A stretch of 64,000 bases of DNA from Bacteroidota bacterium (GCA_023432985.1 JAEZEQ010000052.1:318-64317), one strand, 5' to 3'; shown: positions 47,071-57,904, numbered from the stretch's first letter. Notes: generated by a model from the letters alone, not told the origin. Made by a program: numbers and translations.

Positions 47071-48753
47071 ATGAAAAAAGGAATTATATATATAGGACTG
47101 AGTTTATCTACGGCGTGGAATGTATATGCTCAGCAGGATAATGTAACCATTACCGGGGGCTATGTTCCTCAATTGAGGCCGGTGGAGAAAATGGCCGTGC
47201 GCCCACAAGTACGCGATACCTTTCAGAAATCCATTGTGCCCACCTATAATCTAACGGCGCCCATAGTGCCTTATGCCTATTCGCCCGACACATTGAGTGC
47301 AGCACGTATGCGTTCGGAACCGATAAAACGATTGCGTCGATTTTATTTGAAAGCAGGATTTGGAATGTATTTAAGTCCCCTTGCCGAAATACGCATGAAC
47401 AGCCTGCGTAGCAAAACCATACAATACGACCTCTACTATCATTTTCAAGGTTCTTATGCTAAAAAATTATTTTACGGAAAAAATAAACCCCAAACCGGTT
47501 TCCCCGGCTATCAGGACCATGGTGGTGGGGGGAATTTTTCCTATTTAATGAAAAAACATAATCTGGGAATTTCAGCATCTTATCTCTCCAATCAGCGCCA
47601 TTATTATGGCTACGATGCTTCACAGCCCGGAGCCGATACGCTGACTAAAAAAGATATACGTCAGAATTATCAGAAAGTATCATTGGGATTTTCGTTCAAG
47701 AATAATGCAAGCTGGGACAGCAGTTCGCTGATTACCGATAATTACCTGCGCTATTATTATATGTTCGACAAGTATAAAGCGGGCGAACATGGTTTAGAAC
47801 TGAGAAGTGACTGGAGAAAGCAGGTATCCGGATTTTTTGTAGGCGGAGCATTTGGACTTGAATATTATAATTTTAAAGCCGACACAGCCTCCAAAGGAAT
47901 GGGAGGGGGACTTGTACATATACAACCCTATATAAAAGCGGGAAGAAAATTATGGGAAGTTACCGCCGGAATTAATATGGCTATAGGCTTTGATACGCTG
48001 ACGAAGTTTTATATAGCTCCGCATATTTTAGCCCGTTTCAACGCCTATAAAGAGCATGTGATATTATATGCCGATATAAGTGGCGGTGCCTATAGAAATA
48101 CCTATGATCAGTTGAGACAGGAAAATCCCTTTATAAACAGTCGCGTACCCGTACGTAATGCCTATAAGCCTATAGATTTGAAGGCAGGAGTTAAAGGAAA
48201 TTTTGCCCGCTATTTTTATTATAATTTGGGTGGCGGCTACAGTAAAGTATTTAATCAGGCCTTTTTTGTAACCGATACGACACGTGCTTTAGGCAATTAT
48301 TTCACCACAGTTTATGACGATTTGGGTACAGGTAAAGCATTCGGTGAAATCGGATATCAACAGGGAGAAAAATTCAGATTGGGCTTGCGTGTTGATGCCT
48401 TTTTTTATGATACGGGAAACCTGACTGCTGCTTGGTATAAACCAAAATATAAGGCCACATTAAGCGGAATGTATGCCATAGCCGATAAGTTTGTATTCAA
48501 AGCCGATTTATTCTATTTAGGCGATTTAATGGCGCCGGAATATCGTTTTCATAGCGGAGAAAACAGATTTGTAGAACATGCTGTGGTATTGCGTAATGCG
48601 ATCGATTTGAATTTAGGTGTGGAATATAGGTATAATAAAATGCTGGGTTTTTTCGTACAGGGAACGAATTTAGCCGGATATCGTTACCACAGATGGTTGC
48701 AATATCCGGGTCAGGGTGTGGGTGTTCACGGGGGAGTGAGTCTCCAATTTTAA
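47071..48753 (+). CDS. Putative outer-membrane beta-barrel protein
   Basis: 560 aa, signal peptide ending AYAQ. Alternating aromatic/Gly beta-strand pattern. The C-terminal GGVSLQF ends in Phe as in OMP beta-signals. It starts 3 nt after the TPR gene. Confidence 0.6.
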   Translation: MKKGIIYIGLSLSTAWNVYAQQDNVTITGGYVPQLRPVEKMAVRPQVRDTFQKSIVPTYNLTAPIVPYAYSPDTLSAARMRSEPIKRLRRFYLKAGFGMYLSPLAEIRMNSLRSKTIQYDLYYHFQGSYAKKLFYGKNKPQTGFPGYQDHGGGGNFSYLMKKHNLGISASYLSNQRHYYGYDASQPGADTLTKKDIRQNYQKVSLGFSFKNNASWDSSSLITDNYLRYYYMFDKYKAGEHGLELRSDWRKQVSGFFVGGAFGLEYYNFKADTASKGMGGGLVHIQPYIKAGRKLWEVTAGINMAIGFDTLTKFYIAPHILARFNAYKEHVILYADISGGAYRNTYDQLRQENPFINSRVPVRNAYKPIDLKAGVKGNFARYFYYNLGGGYSKVFNQAFFVTDTTRALGNYFTTVYDDLGTGKAFGEIGYQQGEKFRLGLRVDAFFYDTGNLTAAWYKPKYKATLSGMYAIADKFVFKADLFYLGDLMAPEYRFHSGENRFVEHAVVLRNAIDLNLGVEYRYNKMLGFFVQGTNLAGYRYHRWLQYPGQGVGVHGGVSLQF

Positions 48754-48825
48754 TCCATTTAAAGTCTAAAATTTAATTGGTGAAAAAGTGTAATAAAAAT
48801 ATTAGTTAACTTTAGCCGTTTGATG

Positions 48826-48833
48826 TACTTTTG
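48826..48833 (+). promoter_or_regulatory. Candidate -7 box (TACTTTTG) for guaA
   Basis: Exact TAnnTTTG 23 nt upstream of the ATG at 48857. Confidence 0.45.
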
Positions 48834-48856
48834 CAGCAGATTTTATAAAAAAATAT

Positions 48857-50386
48857 ATGCATCAGAAAATTCTTATTTTAGACTTTGGTTCCCAATATAC
48901 ACAGTTGATTGCCCGTAGAGTGCGTGAATTGAATGTGTACTGCGAAATTTATCCCTTTAACCATTATCCCGAGCCTGATGCAAGTGTAAAGGGAATTATT
49001 TTAAGCGGCAGCCCATTTTCTGTGCGCGAAAAGGATTCACCTCGGGTGGATATAGAGAAATTGACATCTAAGGTTCCATTATTGGGCATCTGTTATGGCG
49101 CTCAATTATTGGCTTTCGATGCGGGCGGAAAAATCGAAAAAAGTAAGGTAAGAGAATATGGACGAGCAAATTTGTCGAAATTAGACAAGAAATCCCCGCT
49201 CCTTCAACATATTAAAAAAGGTTCGCAGGTTTGGATGAGTCACGGCGATACCATAATGGAATTGCCGGAACATTTTAAAATTATAGCCTCAACCGAGGAG
49301 GTTGAAGTGGCTGCATTTCATGTAAAGAAAAAAGAAATTTACGGCTTGCAATTTCATCCCGAAGTATATCACTCGAGTGATGGACTGCAAATACTCGAGA
49401 ATTTTGTAAAAGGAATTTGTGGGTGCAGAGGCGATTGGACCCCGGGTTTCTTTGTAGAAGAAACAGTGGAGGCACTGAAAAAACAAATCGGAAAAGATAA
49501 GGTAATTATGGCCCTCAGTGGCGGTGTTGATTCTACCGTTGCTGCCCGCCTTATTCATAAAGCAATAAAAGATAATCTCTATTGTATTTTTGTAGACAAT
49601 GGCTTGTTGCGTAAAGATGAATATACGAAAGTGTTGGATTCATATAAGGATTTTGGACTCAATGTAATTGGAGTGGATGCCAAGGATCGCTTTTATGCCA
49701 AATTGAAAGGGGTGAATGATCCTGAGAAGAAAAGGAAAATAATAGGCGGACTGTTTATAGATATTTTTGAAGAGGAATCTAAAAAAGTAAAAGGAGCTAA
49801 ATGGTTGGGTCAGGGAACTATATATCCCGATGTAATCGAGAGTGTTTCGGTTAAAGGTCCTTCTGCCACCATAAAATCGCACCATAATGTGGGGGGACTT
49901 CCCGAAAAAATGGATTTAAAAATAGTAGAGCCATTGCGTGCTTTATTTAAGGATGAAGTGAGAAAAGTGGGTAGAGAGCTTAAGATTTCTTCCGACTTTA
50001 TCGACAGACATCCTTTCCCCGGACCGGGTTTGGCTATACGTATTTTGGGCGAAATTACCCCCGAAAAAGTAGCTATTTTGCAACAAGCAGACGATATATT
50101 TATAAGCCGACTGAGAAAAGATAAATTATATCAACAAGTATGGCAGGCCGGAGCAATCTTTTTGCCGGTTCAATCCGTAGGCGTAATGGGTGATGAACGT
50201 ACCTATGAGCATGTGATTTGCCTGCGTGCAGTGACCTCAACCGATGGGATGACAGCCGACTGGAGCCGACTTCCATACGAATTCCTGGCCTCTGTATCGA
50301 ATGAAATTATTAATAAAGTTAAAGGCGTGAATCGCGTTGTTTTCGATATCAGTTCTAAACCGCCGGCAACTATAGAATGGGAGTAA
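48857..50386 (+). CDS. guaA: Glutamine-hydrolysing GMP synthase
   Basis: 509 aa. GATase Cys context [10 protein letters not shown]-loop SGGVDS and the conserved C-terminus KPPATIEWE. Confidence 0.95.
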   Translation: MHQKILILDFGSQYTQLIARRVRELNVYCEIYPFNHYPEPDASVKGIILSGSPFSVREKDSPRVDIEKLTSKVPLLGICYGAQLLAFDAGGKIEKSKVREYGRANLSKLDKKSPLLQHIKKGSQVWMSHGDTIMELPEHFKIIASTEEVEVAAFHVKKKEIYGLQFHPEVYHSSDGLQILENFVKGICGCRGDWTPGFFVEETVEALKKQIGKDKVIMALSGGVDSTVAARLIHKAIKDNLYCIFVDNGLLRKDEYTKVLDSYKDFGLNVIGVDAKDRFYAKLKGVNDPEKKRKIIGGLFIDIFEEESKKVKGAKWLGQGTIYPDVIESVSVKGPSATIKSHHNVGGLPEKMDLKIVEPLRALFKDEVRKVGRELKISSDFIDRHPFPGPGLAIRILGEITPEKVAILQQADDIFISRLRKDKLYQQVWQAGAIFLPVQSVGVMGDERTYEHVICLRAVTSTDGMTADWSRLPYEFLASVSNEIINKVKGVNRVVFDISSKPPATIEWE

Positions 50387-50391
50387 AAATA

Positions 50392-52059
50392 ATGAATAGT
50401 AGACTTTTGTATGTGTTGTTTTTCTTGTCTGTATTTTTGCAGGCATGTGTCAGTATGGCACAAATTCCGAATGCTCCGCTTATAGAAAGGAATGGGAATA
50501 CATATTATAAGCATATTGTACAAAAAGGAGAAACGGCATACGGCATTTCTAAAATGTATAAGGTCGATTTAAATCGTGTTTTTGCCGAAAATCCCGGCTC
50601 GGAATCCGGTTTGAAAGTGGGGCAGGAATTATGGATTCCGGCAGCAAATAATAAAACCGACAAGGGTGAATCTAAGATTATTACCCATACCGTACAAAGA
50701 GGCGAAACCCTTTATGCGATTAGCCGTAAGTACGACGTTTCGGTCGAGGATATTGTAAAGGCGAATCCGGAGGTAGAAGGCGGATTAAAAGCCGGTGCGG
50801 TTTTAAAAATCACTAGCACAAAGGCCGATTCAGAAACGGAACAAATTATAGAAGAAAATGAATTGGAAGAAAATCCAAAAGTGCCTGTAAATCATACAGA
50901 AAAAAAGGAATTGGACAGACAATGGGTTTATGAATCCTTGCCTACTATGGAACAATGCATGGATAGTTCGACTACAAAATTGAATTATGTTATTTCGGTT
51001 CTTATTCCTTTTGGAAGCGGATCTGCAGATGAATTGAAACAATCGCGTATAGCCTATCAATTCTACAACGGAATAAAATTGGCCATGCAACATTATCAGC
51101 CTATAAAAGCAAATATTGAATGGCAGGTTTTTAATACCGGAATCAAATCCAACGACCTGACTTCACGGAAAATTGTATTGAATCCTGATTTTAAAAAGTC
51201 TGATTTGATTATTGGTCCCCTCTATACCAGCGAAATGCAACCTATTTTGCAATTTGCGAAAGAAAATAAGGTGCCCATGATTAGTCCTTTTAGTCGTGGC
51301 GAGGATGTATTAATCGATAACCCATATGTTTTTAAAGCTTCACCAGGCGAGCAAGCCTACACAGAGGGCGTGGCGCAGTATTTAAACCGAAAGTATAAAA
51401 ATGGAAAAGTGATCCTTTTGCATACGGGCGATAAAAGAGATTCAGCATTCTACCAAAATTTGCGTACGATCCTGGTGCAACAATATAGATTCGATAGCAT
51501 TTCTGTAAATAAAAATTTGGTTTACCTGCCTAAGGGCTCTTCTGTGGCACAACACCTGAAAAAGGATGCTCCCAATATTTGTGTCTACCCCGTGAAAAAA
51601 GAAATAGGCATGAATAGCTTTATGAGCCAGATGAATAAGATTGGAAAGGAAAATGACTTTTCGGTACTTGGCGATGAATTGTGGTTTTCTTTTAAGAATT
51701 TCGACATTGAACATTTGAATAATTGCAAAATTGCTGTACCCGTTCTTTACCGTACCTTTTCTTGGGATTCTACCTACCATTCTTTTATTACGAATTTTAG
51801 AACAGAGTTTAAGGCCGAACCCGAATTTTATGCCTATAGAGGCTACGAACTGGCCTGCCTGAGTATTGATATGCTCGAAAAATACGGCAATTGGATGGCT
51901 CCATGCGCCATTTATGATAAGAATTCTTATCTGATTACGCCTTTCCAATGGAAAAAATATCCGGGTGGTGGATTCGAAAATCAGGCCCTGGGTATAATGG
52001 TGATGGAAGATTATAAAATTCGTTACGAAGCTTCTTATTTACCCGAAAAAAAGGAATAA
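50392..52059 (+). CDS. LysM-domain protein fused to a periplasmic-binding-protein (type I, Leu/Ile/Val-binding-like) domain
   Basis: The ATG at 50392 gives signal MNSRLLYVLFFLSVFLQAC. Two LysM repeats (YKHIVQKGETAYGISKMY ... and THTVQRGETLYAISRKY ...). A ~370-aa alpha/beta domain follows, with PBP type I features. Confidence 0.7.
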   Translation: MNSRLLYVLFFLSVFLQACVSMAQIPNAPLIERNGNTYYKHIVQKGETAYGISKMYKVDLNRVFAENPGSESGLKVGQELWIPAANNKTDKGESKIITHTVQRGETLYAISRKYDVSVEDIVKANPEVEGGLKAGAVLKITSTKADSETEQIIEENELEENPKVPVNHTEKKELDRQWVYESLPTMEQCMDSSTTKLNYVISVLIPFGSGSADELKQSRIAYQFYNGIKLAMQHYQPIKANIEWQVFNTGIKSNDLTSRKIVLNPDFKKSDLIIGPLYTSEMQPILQFAKENKVPMISPFSRGEDVLIDNPYVFKASPGEQAYTEGVAQYLNRKYKNGKVILLHTGDKRDSAFYQNLRTILVQQYRFDSISVNKNLVYLPKGSSVAQHLKKDAPNICVYPVKKEIGMNSFMSQMNKIGKENDFSVLGDELWFSFKNFDIEHLNNCKIAVPVLYRTFSWDSTYHSFITNFRTEFKAEPEFYAYRGYELACLSIDMLEKYGNWMAPCAIYDKNSYLITPFQWKKYPGGGFENQALGIMVMEDYKIRYEASYLPEKKE

Positions 52060-52081
52060 TTTTAAAACAATTCCTTTTTTT
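52046..52081 (+). terminator. Rho-independent terminator of the LysM gene
   Basis: Stem aaaaaggaat/attccttttt spans the stop codon and is followed by a T-run. Confidence 0.55.
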
Positions 52082-52168
52082 ATACTGTAAAAAGGGCATT
52101 ATCGTTGTTATTATAGCGTTAACTTTAAAGAAAGTTATTTTTAACTTCTTAATTTAAGTTAAATTAAC

Positions 52169-52176
52169 TATCTTTG
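52169..52176 (+). promoter_or_regulatory. Candidate -7 box (TATCTTTG) for the PKD/T9SS protein gene
   Basis: Exact TAnnTTTG 19 nt upstream of the GTG at 52196. Confidence 0.45.
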
Positions 52177-52195
52177 TTAAAAATATTGGTGTATT

Positions 52196-54874
52196 GTGAA
52201 AATTAGATCGAAGCTATTTGTTGTAACCCTAACTATTTTATTGACTCAACCATTGTTGCGTGCGCAGACCCCTTGTCTTAGCGGGAATTGCTATACACGC
52301 ATCAACGCTACGGACACAATAATTTGTCAGGGTGAAACCGTAGTGTTGACGGTGGATACCGGCTCGGCTTTATTATTTAATGACTTTAACGGGCAAACCT
52401 TAGGTGCCGGTTGGTCAGTGAATCCGGGTACAGTGGTGAATTATAACAATCCATGTGGTCCGGGGCTCGACGGAACGCCCCACGTATGGTTTGGAAGCGG
52501 AGCGCCTCAGGGCACGCGTTTTTTATCTACTGTTGATTTTAATACCACCGCAGGCGGCTTTTTACAATTCGATTTTAAAATGGCTACTCAAGGCCAGGCC
52601 TCCCCTTGTGAAGGCCCCGACGAAATTGATGAAGGCGTGTCTTTGCAATATTCAAACGACTATGGGGCAACATGGATTGATATTGCCTATTTTTCGCCTA
52701 ATGGTACCATAATGCCGGCAAATCCATGTCCCAATTGCAGCAATGGCGCCTATGTTGCTACCAGTCCTTTTCTGTCCTGGGCAACCTATACTTTCCCATT
52801 TCCGGCCGGCGCGCAAACCTTATGTACGCGTTTCAGATGGACACAACCCTATAATACCTCGGCTACAAACGACCATTGGGGAATAGATAATGTGTTGATT
52901 TATGCCAATATTCCTCCAATCCCCGGCTTTGTGAATACCGCAACCTGGATGGATACCAACCAGCCTATTACCGGTCCGCGTACCGTTACTCCGAATGTTA
53001 CTACTTCTTATATAGCACGCTACGAAACAGGAGGAGGTACATGTTATGACACACTTACCGTTGTGGTAAATCCCAAACCAAATGCCGATTTAAGTGGACC
53101 AAACAATGTTTGTGTAGGGCAATTAAACCAATTTTCTGCAGCGGGAACTACCATTGCCTCCGGATCGATTACCAATTATGTGTTTAAGTTGAATCCGAGT
53201 GGAGCAACGAATTATAGCGGACCTAATAATACACTGAATTATAGTTTTCCCGTTTCTGTACCCACCTTCGATGCTTCGGTTATTGTTACAAGTAACGCCG
53301 GTTGTAAAGATACGGCCTTAATGTCTTTGACCATCTCTCCGGGTGCTGTGCCGAGTTTTACTATGCCCGATACGGTATGTGTCGGTCAAACCGTTCCGCT
53401 CGATGCATCGGCCTCTACTATTGCTGCACCGGGAATTATGGGTGCCTATGTATGGGATTATAATAATGACGGAGTCAGCGACGATTCTTTGTTTGCGAAT
53501 ACAAGTTCTTTTGTCGCCACAACAAGTGGACTTCAAACCGTGAAATTATCTCTTTATAATACGGTCGGATGTTCAGTCACCGTTACTAAAGATATACGCG
53601 TGCTCGATCAACCCATTGCCGATTTCGAAGTGATTCCCGCATGTATAGATGCCGCTTCCGAATTTATCAATAATCAACCTGTAGCAAGTATCGATTATTT
53701 GTATGATTTCGGTGATGGAACAGCTATTCAAAATAATAATAATGCCAATTTTACCCATATTTACGGTCAAGGAACGTATACCGTAACCATGCTTGCCAGT
53801 CAGCATAATATCTGCTTTGATACCGCTACCGTTACCATTGATATTAGTAATGATATAGTGGCCGATTTCAATTTCAATGAACCTTGTAATCTGAATGGAG
53901 TATTTTCTGATTTATCTTCTATCCCTGCCGGTTCCGCCGGAACTGTAGATACCTGGAACTGGAGCTTCGGAGATGGAAATAATTCCACCGATCAAAATCC
54001 TTCGAATGCCTATACCCAAAGTAACGATTATACGGTAACGCTTATCGTTAGCAGCTCCGAAGGTTGTTGGGATACCATTCAAAAAACTGTGCCTAAATAT
54101 GCCTCACCTATAGCCGATTTCACTTTCTCTGAAGTATGTTTTGAAAGCCTTACTAAATTGGCCAATAGTTCGACCATCGCAGCCGGAACTATAACTATCA
54201 GTAATTGGGACTTGGGTGATGGTACGCAAATTTCAAATCCGGATGTCGATTATTCTTACGATGCACCCGGTGCTTATAATGTTACGCTAATCGTAGAAAG
54301 TGACAAAGGATGTAGAGATACGGTTTCTAAAACTGTAAATGTTTGGCCTGTACCTACAGCCGGATTCCTAACTACACCGCCGGGACAAACTACTATGCTC
54401 GAACCTTTGGTCGAAATTACAGATCAATCTACAGGTGCCTCTGTTTATGAGTATTTTATACCTAATCAGGGTACTTATAATACACCTAGCCCATCTGTCG
54501 AATTTTCGAATAGTGGAAATTATACCATATTTCAAACCATCACGAATGAATATGGTTGCGAAGATAAAGCACAAATGGAGTATATCGTAATGTCTGCCTA
54601 TACATTCTATGTTCCCAATTCATTTACACCGAATGAAGGGGATATCATAAATCCCGTTTTCAAAGTGTATTCAAACGGATTAGAAACAATAGATTTTAGA
54701 GTGTTTAACCGTTGGGGCGAAGAAGTATTTACCTCTATGGATCCTAAGTTTATATGGGACGGATATTATAAAGGAAAATTATTGCCCGCCGATGTTTATG
54801 TATACAGATGTATTACAAGAGATGTGGAGGGCAATGAGTATATTTATTCGGGACAAATAAACCTTGTTCGATAA
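52196..54874 (+). CDS. PKD-repeat surface protein with MAM/jelly-roll-like N-domain and T9SS type B C-terminal domain
   Basis: 892 aa, GTG start, signal MKIRSKLFVVTLTILLTQPLLRAQ. N-domain with LQFDFKMA ... SLQYSNDYGATW ... HWGIDNV. Several PKD units (YDFGDGT, WSFGDGN, WDLGDGT). C-terminal FYVPNSFTPNEGD ... FRVFNRWGEEVF ... WDGYYKG ... DVYVY is typical of TIGR04131. Confidence 0.8.
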   Translation: MKIRSKLFVVTLTILLTQPLLRAQTPCLSGNCYTRINATDTIICQGETVVLTVDTGSALLFNDFNGQTLGAGWSVNPGTVVNYNNPCGPGLDGTPHVWFGSGAPQGTRFLSTVDFNTTAGGFLQFDFKMATQGQASPCEGPDEIDEGVSLQYSNDYGATWIDIAYFSPNGTIMPANPCPNCSNGAYVATSPFLSWATYTFPFPAGAQTLCTRFRWTQPYNTSATNDHWGIDNVLIYANIPPIPGFVNTATWMDTNQPITGPRTVTPNVTTSYIARYETGGGTCYDTLTVVVNPKPNADLSGPNNVCVGQLNQFSAAGTTIASGSITNYVFKLNPSGATNYSGPNNTLNYSFPVSVPTFDASVIVTSNAGCKDTALMSLTISPGAVPSFTMPDTVCVGQTVPLDASASTIAAPGIMGAYVWDYNNDGVSDDSLFANTSSFVATTSGLQTVKLSLYNTVGCSVTVTKDIRVLDQPIADFEVIPACIDAASEFINNQPVASIDYLYDFGDGTAIQNNNNANFTHIYGQGTYTVTMLASQHNICFDTATVTIDISNDIVADFNFNEPCNLNGVFSDLSSIPAGSAGTVDTWNWSFGDGNNSTDQNPSNAYTQSNDYTVTLIVSSSEGCWDTIQKTVPKYASPIADFTFSEVCFESLTKLANSSTIAAGTITISNWDLGDGTQISNPDVDYSYDAPGAYNVTLIVESDKGCRDTVSKTVNVWPVPTAGFLTTPPGQTTMLEPLVEITDQSTGASVYEYFIPNQGTYNTPSPSVEFSNSGNYTIFQTITNEYGCEDKAQMEYIVMSAYTFYVPNSFTPNEGDIINPVFKVYSNGLETIDFRVFNRWGEEVFTSMDPKFIWDGYYKGKLLPADVYVYRCITRDVEGNEYIYSGQINLVR

Positions 54875-54884
54875 GTTATTTTAT

Positions 54885-54892
54885 TAGATTTG
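54885..54892 (+). promoter_or_regulatory. Candidate -7 box (TAGATTTG) for the E1 alpha/beta-bio transcription unit
   Basis: Exact TAnnTTTG 20 nt upstream of the ATG at 54913. It overlaps the GTG of the longer ORF model at 54892. Confidence 0.45.
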
Positions 54893-54912
54893 TGCTGTAT
54901 TTATTACAGTAT

Positions 54913-56910
54913 ATGAATCTTGAATTGTCATCCGTTGATTTTAAGAAGAATGCACTTTCTTCGCAGGAACTAAAACATATTTATAAGCATCTTCTCCGGC
55001 CAAGATTAATCGAAGAGAAGATGCTTATTCTTTTAAGACAGGGCCGCATTTCTAAATGGTTTAGTGCGATCGGACAGGAAGCCATTTCTGTAGGTTCTGT
55101 TCTTGCCCTGCACGAGGATGAGTATATTTTGCCCATGCATAGAAATTTAGGCATGTTTACTTCCAGAAATATGCCCTTAGAAAAATTGTTTATGCAATTT
55201 CAAGGCAAGGAAAATGGGTTTACAAAAGGTCGGGATCGTAGTTTCCATTTTGGTAATAATGATTTTCATTTGGTCGGAATGATTTCCCATTTAGGCCCAC
55301 AACTTGGCGTAGCCGACGGCATAGCCCTTGCATCTAAATTGAAAAATGAAGCAAAGGTTACCCTGGTTATCTCCGGAGACGGTGGTACCAGTGAAGGCGA
55401 TTTTCATGAAAGTTTAAACGTTGCTTCTGTGTGGAATTTACCCGTTATTTTTCTAATCGAAAATAATGGATACGGACTCAGTACGCCCAGCAATGAACAG
55501 TTTAAATGCGATTTTATTTCCGATCGGGCCAAAGGTTACGGAATGGAATCGGTTATCGTGGACGGTAATAACGTACTCGAAGTATACGAAACAACAAAGA
55601 GATTGGCCGAAGATATGCGCCAAAATCCCCGCCCGGTTCTTTTGGAATGCCTTACTTTCAGAATGCGCGGACACGAAGAAGCCAGCGGTACCAAGTATGT
55701 ACCCCAGTATTTATTCGATGCTTGGGAGAAAAAAGATCCCATTCAAACCTATGAAAACTGGCTGATTGAAACAGGGGAATTAAGTGCCGATGAAGTGGCC
55801 GAAATTCGCAAAGAGATTAAGAAAGAAATCAATACTGCAGTCGAAATTGCATTTGCAGAACCAGGTATAGTGCCCAATTCCGAAAAAGAATTGAATGATG
55901 TTTATGCAGCCCATACTCAGAAATTGATCTCGCCCTCCTCAGAAACACGTGAAATGCGATTTGTAGATGCAGTATCGGACGGACTGAAATGCGCAATGGA
56001 AAAACACGATAACCTGATTTTAATGGGGCAGGATATTGCTGAATATGGAGGTGTATTTAAGGTTACGGAAGGATTTGTAGACTTGTTCGGAAAAGACAGA
56101 GTGCGAAATACACCCCTCTGCGAAAGTGCTATTGTGGGCACGGCATTGGGTTTGTCTATAAAGAAAATGAAAGCTATGGTCGAAATGCAATTCGCAGATT
56201 TTGTTAGCTCCGGATTTAATCAGATCGTAAATAATTTAGCTAAATCGCATTATAGATGGGGACAAAATGCCGATGTGGTTGTACGTATGCCCACCGGTGC
56301 AGGTGTAGCAGCCGGACCCTTCCATAGCCAAAGCAATGAAGCCTGGTTTTTTCATACACCCGGATTAAAAATATTTTATCCCTCTAATGCTATTGACGCA
56401 AAAGGTATGTTGCTGTCCGCATTCGAAGATCCAAATCCGGTTATGTTTTTCGAACATAAAGCGCTGTACCGTAGTGTCAGCGGTAATGTGCCACTGGGCT
56501 ATTATAATACGGAAATTGGAAAAGCTGCCGTGGCAAAAGAAGGGAATTCTTGTAGTATTATTACCTACGGTATGGGTGTCCATTGGGCCCTGGAAATTGC
56601 GAAAAAAGAAGAATTTTCTCAGGTGGAAATTATAGACCTTAGAACCCTCATCCCTTGGGATAAAGAAAGTATAGAGAAAAGCGTGCGCAAAACAGGACGT
56701 GTACTTGTTTTACATGAAGATACCATCACCGGAGGTATAGGTGCAGAGATCGCTGCATGGATATCCGAATTTTGCTTTTCATCTCTCGATGCACCGGTAA
56801 AAAGACTCGCATCTCTGGATACACCCGTGCCTTTTTCTCCAAATCTGGAGGCAAATTTCTTGCCTAAAAGTAGAATTGAATTAACTTTGAATGATTTATT
56901 AAATTTTTAA
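54913..56910 (+). CDS. 2-oxoacid (branched-chain-type) dehydrogenase E1 component, fused alpha/beta subunits
   Basis: About 665 aa. TPP motif GDGGTSEGDFHESLNVASVWNLPVIFLIENNGYG in the alpha half. Transketolase-like pyrimidine-binding and C-terminal domains in the beta half (DTPLCESAIVG ... FADF). Confidence 0.85.
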   Translation: MNLELSSVDFKKNALSSQELKHIYKHLLRPRLIEEKMLILLRQGRISKWFSAIGQEAISVGSVLALHEDEYILPMHRNLGMFTSRNMPLEKLFMQFQGKENGFTKGRDRSFHFGNNDFHLVGMISHLGPQLGVADGIALASKLKNEAKVTLVISGDGGTSEGDFHESLNVASVWNLPVIFLIENNGYGLSTPSNEQFKCDFISDRAKGYGMESVIVDGNNVLEVYETTKRLAEDMRQNPRPVLLECLTFRMRGHEEASGTKYVPQYLFDAWEKKDPIQTYENWLIETGELSADEVAEIRKEIKKEINTAVEIAFAEPGIVPNSEKELNDVYAAHTQKLISPSSETREMRFVDAVSDGLKCAMEKHDNLILMGQDIAEYGGVFKVTEGFVDLFGKDRVRNTPLCESAIVGTALGLSIKKMKAMVEMQFADFVSSGFNQIVNNLAKSHYRWGQNADVVVRMPTGAGVAAGPFHSQSNEAWFFHTPGLKIFYPSNAIDAKGMLLSAFEDPNPVMFFEHKALYRSVSGNVPLGYYNTEIGKAAVAKEGNSCSIITYGMGVHWALEIAKKEEFSQVEIIDLRTLIPWDKESIEKSVRKTGRVLVLHEDTITGGIGAEIAAWISEFCFSSLDAPVKRLASLDTPVPFSPNLEANFLPKSRIELTLNDLLNF

Positions 56911-56923
56911 AATATTGCATATT

Positions 56924-57904
56924 ATGGTTCGTACAGACTGGACAAGAGAAGAAGTAAATGCTATTTATCAAAAACCTTTAATCGATTTAGTATTTGAAGC
57001 AGCTCAGATTCATCGCCAAAATTTCAATGGAAATGAAGTGCAAATGAGTACGCTTTTATCTATTAAAACCGGAGGTTGTCCCGAAGATTGTTCTTATTGC
57101 CCGCAAGCTGCTCGATACAATACCGGTGTAAAAGGCACCCCTTTATTGAATGAAGTGGAAATTATTAACGCAGCATTGGAAGCAAAAGATAACGGATCAA
57201 GCCGTTTTTGTATGGGTGCCGCATGGCGCGAAGTAAAGGATAATAGACAGTTCGACCAGGTGGTGGGGCTTGTAAAGAATATTACCGATATGGGTATGGA
57301 AGTATGCTGTACGCTCGGTATGTTGAATGAAGATCAGGCCAAACGCCTTAAAGATGCCGGCTTATATGCCTATAATCACAACTTGGATACCTCACCCGAA
57401 TATTATGATAAGGTGATTCAAACCCGTACTTATGAGGATCGCTTGAATACTTTAGACCACGTGCGTAATGCCGGTATTTCGGTTTGTTGCGGAGGTATTG
57501 TAGGTATGGGAGAAGCCGAAACGGATAGAGTAGGACTGCTTCAAACTTTGGCAACTTTACCCAAACATCCCGAAAGTGTGCCTATTAATGCTTTGGTAGC
57601 CGTAAAAGGAACACCGCTCGAAAAACAAGAACAAATTCCTTTCTGGGATATGCTCCGTTGTATAGCTACGGCACGAATTATCATGCCCAAAAGTATGGTG
57701 CGACTTAGCGCAGGCCGTAGCGAAATGAGTCTGCCCGAACAATTCCTTTGCTTCCTAGCAGGTGCAAATAGTATTTTTGCAGGAGATAAATTGTTGACCA
57801 CCCCAAATCCCGAATTCAACAGTGATAAAGCTATGTTCGAATTGTTCGGATTACAAAATTTACCGGCCTTTGCATCCCAATGCAATGCTCAGGTAGAAGC
57901 ATAA
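56924..57904 (+). CDS. bioB: Biotin synthase
   Basis: Radical-SAM motif CPEDCSYCPQ and conserved YNHNLDT, MGLGE-like GMGE and RLSAGR. The ATG at 56924 is preferred over the TTG at 56915. Confidence 0.95.
   Translation: MVRTDWTREEVNAIYQKPLIDLVFEAAQIHRQNFNGNEVQMSTLLSIKTGGCPEDCSYCPQAARYNTGVKGTPLLNEVEIINAALEAKDNGSSRFCMGAAWREVKDNRQFDQVVGLVKNITDMGMEVCCTLGMLNEDQAKRLKDAGLYAYNHNLDTSPEYYDKVIQTRTYEDRLNTLDHVRNAGISVCCGGIVGMGEAETDRVGLLQTLATLPKHPESVPINALVAVKGTPLEKQEQIPFWDMLRCIATARIIMPKSMVRLSAGRSEMSLPEQFLCFLAGANSIFAGDKLLTTPNPEFNSDKAMFELFGLQNLPAFASQCNAQVEA

Noticed and set aside
28351-50386. guaB and guaA as parts of one purine operon.
   Set aside because: They are 19 kb apart, separated by genes on both strands, and each has its own -7 box.
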